A program made the position numbers and the translations under genes. DNA of 63,322 nt, filler included, from Octopus bimaculoides (Eukaryota): NCBI RefSeq assembly GCF_001194135.2. It is 5 parts of 5 records of this genome, joined end to end, with 100 filler letters (N's around TTAATTAATTAA, not from the genome) between each part and the next. Parts side by side here need not be neighbours in the genome. Positions count along the whole stretch, not along the records: positions 60,810 to 63,322 come from NW_026407388.1; 4 more parts are not named here. One strand, 5' to 3'. This document shows, piece after piece, positions 60,810 through 63,322 of the stretch. Numbering within the stretch: the first letter of the stretch is position 1; each line of letters starts with the position of its first letter. Under the pieces are notes generated by a model. The model made no database searches, was not told where the DNA came from, and was given only the letters and a program-made list of their open reading frames with translations.

Positions 60810-63322
60810 TGTCAAAAACGTGAGGCATGGTGTAAGTATATTTCCTTTATAAGTAACTTTTATATCCTTGTAAGCTTGGTAAATAATTTAACGAAGTATT
60901 TACACGAACGCTCANNNNNNNNNNNNNNNNNNNNNNNNNNNNNNNNNNNNNNNNNNNNNNNNNNNNNNNNNNNNNNNNNNNNNNNNNNNNNNNNNNNNNN
61001 NNNNNNNNNNNNNNNNNNNNNNNNNNNNNNNNNNNNNNNNNNNNNNNNNNNNNNNNNNNNNNNNNNNNNNNNNNNNNNNNNNNNNNNNNNNNNNNNNNNN
61101 NNNNNNNNNNNNNNNNNNNNNNNNNNNNNNNNNNNNNNNNNNNNNNNNNNNNNNNNNNNNNNNNNNNNNCTCAATTACTCTGTAAATAATCAATCGAATA
61201 GGTGACTGAAATGATATTTTCATTTTATTGAATTAACTTGTAAATCATCATCATCATTATTATCATCAGCAGCAGCAGCAACAACAACACGAATAATGAT
61301 TACAAGAGCAGTTAGAGGGGAAAAATCTCCGCCAAGAGAACATCAACGTCCTCTCAATGATTAGCCAGAGATGATCTTTGAATGAGAATATCTGAAATAA
61401 ACTCGATTGCTCTCACAAACAAGAATNNNNNNNNNNAAATAAACTCGATTGCTCTCACAAACAAGAATACTAAAAATGAACTCGACCGCTCCCAAAAATT
61501 AGATGGAGCTAGCAAATTATTGCTGAAAACGGCAGGATCCCCATACTTCGCCTCGATGAATAACTCTCACCTCTCTGACTCGTAAATAATTTATGGCACC
61601 AATTTATGGAAAGAAATAAGGCTCCAGAAATATATAACACGTAACGTTATTGGACCTTCGATCCAGTTCCTGCACAANNNNNNNNNNNNNNNNNNNNNNN
61701 NTTCAATAAATGTCCAATAACTTATATGATAGGTATTTTAACCAATCTTAACAGAGTAGCGTGGTTAGCCTTTATAAACAAACTTAATGTTTTCGAATAT
61801 ACAATAATAGAATTTGGTCTCCCTACACATCTNNNNNNNNNNNNNNNNNNNNNNNNNNNNNNNNNNNNNNNNNNNNNNNNNNNNNNNNNNNNNNNNNNNN
61901 NNNNNNNNNNNNNNNNNNNNNNNNNNNNNNNNNNNNNNNNNNNNNNNNNNNNNNNNNNNNNNNNNNNNNNNNNNNNNNNNNNNNNNNNNNNNNNNNNNNN
62001 NNNNNNNNNNNNNNNNNNNNNNNNNNNNNNNNNNNNNNNNNNNNNNNNNNNNNNNNNNNNNNNNNNNNNNNNNNNNNNNNNNNNNNNNNNNNNCTAACCA
62101 TTACGGTTTATAATCTACTAGTTCCATTTATATGTTGTGTTTGTGTAGCATTCAACATCCTCGTGCAGTCACGTATTAAAGCTTGCTTGTCAGCCTGGAC
62201 GTATTATAAATTGTCTGTTACATGTCATCTTTTCACTAGATTGTAAGTACTGCAACTACCTGTCACCAGCACCCAATATAGGTTAGGTGTTATATACTGA
62301 TGTACGGAACAGATGTGTAAATGTCTGTAGATGTGTGTTTTGAACATTGTGATCTCGAGGTTGTTCATCATAGTGCTTGGAGTATATTGGGGGCTCATCG
62401 TAGTAGACCCTATGTAAATTGTTGGCAACGGTATGGAGGAGGGGTCATATCAGGACCGAAAGGCAGAGAGAAANNNNNNNNNNTATGGAGGAGGGGTCAT
62501 ATCAGGACCGAAAGGCAGAGAGAAACAGATCAAAGAAAAGTAAGTTATGAGGTGAAAAATAATAAAGAATGATGAGGTTTGTTATTCACAATGAAGAGAG
62601 AAAATATGTTAAACGAAACAGCGGAGATGAAAANNNNNNNNNNNNNNNNNNNNNNNNNNNNNNNNNNNNNNNNNNNNNNNNNNNNNNNNNNNNNNNNNNN
62701 NNNNNNNNNNNNNNNNNNNNNNNNNNNNNNNNNNNNNNNNNNNNNNNNNNNNNNNNNNNNNNNNNNNNNNNNNNNNNNNNNNNNNNNNNNNNNNNNNNNN
62801 NNNNNNNNNNNNNNNNNNNNNNNNNNNNNNNNNNNNAGAAATGTCATGGAGACAGATTTGTTTTCTTCACTGAAAGGAGAATAGAGAAAATATGAAGATA
62901 GTCAGGAAATATATATTTTTTTTTTATTTTTCCTTTATTTCAGTCATTAGACTGCAGCCATGTTACAGGAGGTGGAGAGCGCCTGGAATAAGTTTTAGTC
63001 GAACGAATCGACCCAAACACTTTGTTCTCAGTATGGTAAAAATTGCCCAAAGTGGGACAAAAAAAACCCGGAATTATGTGGTTGGGAAGCAAACCTGATA
63101 TTGATGGTCTTAGACGAAATATGGCGAAAATGGGCTATGAAAATAAATAGCATTATATACAAATTAATTACACAAAGCAAAGGAAATAATCACACTGAAT
63201 GGTTCTTATGTTGAACGTTTCAAAGAGAGCTGTGTAGTACCCGTCGCACTAGACACACAGGTTAGAAACGTCAGGTCACGCTAGCATGTATAACATTTGA
63301 AAGACTTAAGAAACAGGATCTG

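Noticed and set aside
62225-62428. YIGSTT motif suggesting a GIY-YIG endonuclease
   Set aside because: No supporting upstream motif or Cys pattern could be read and the region is broken by gaps.
1-63322. CRISPR arrays, rRNA genes or prokaryote-like operons
   Set aside because: None seen; the repeats are microsatellites and eukaryotic transposons.

Overview
AT-rich, microsatellite- and gap-rich animal genomic DNA. The SINE families suggest a cephalopod, probably Octopus (inference). Four identical N44-TTAATTAATTAA-N44 linkers show the window is five joined pieces (1-10036, 10137-28699, 28800-52662, 52763-60709, 60810-63322), so adjacency across them is unproven. Piece 1 holds the last five exons of a + strand single-pass membrane protein (EGF-like, Ig/IPT-like and Cys-rich modules, TM helix; VWDE-like). 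Piece 2 holds ten exons of EFR3 on the - strand, with one internal exon and the terminal exon not found (probably in gaps or beyond the linker). The rest is mostly transposon debris: tRNA-derived SINEs, Penelope-like elements (PLEs), pogo and Tc1/mariner relics, RTE, L1/Tx1 and R4/Dong-like LINE fragments, and a Helitron-like element. The most notable hidden signal is a set of type I hammerhead-ribozyme-like motifs from several distinct families, some in both arms of long palindromes. Other signals are a CpG-decay contrast between genic and non-genic pieces, an RFX X-box promoter candidate, and a weak unannotated spliced ORF with an in-frame TGA.
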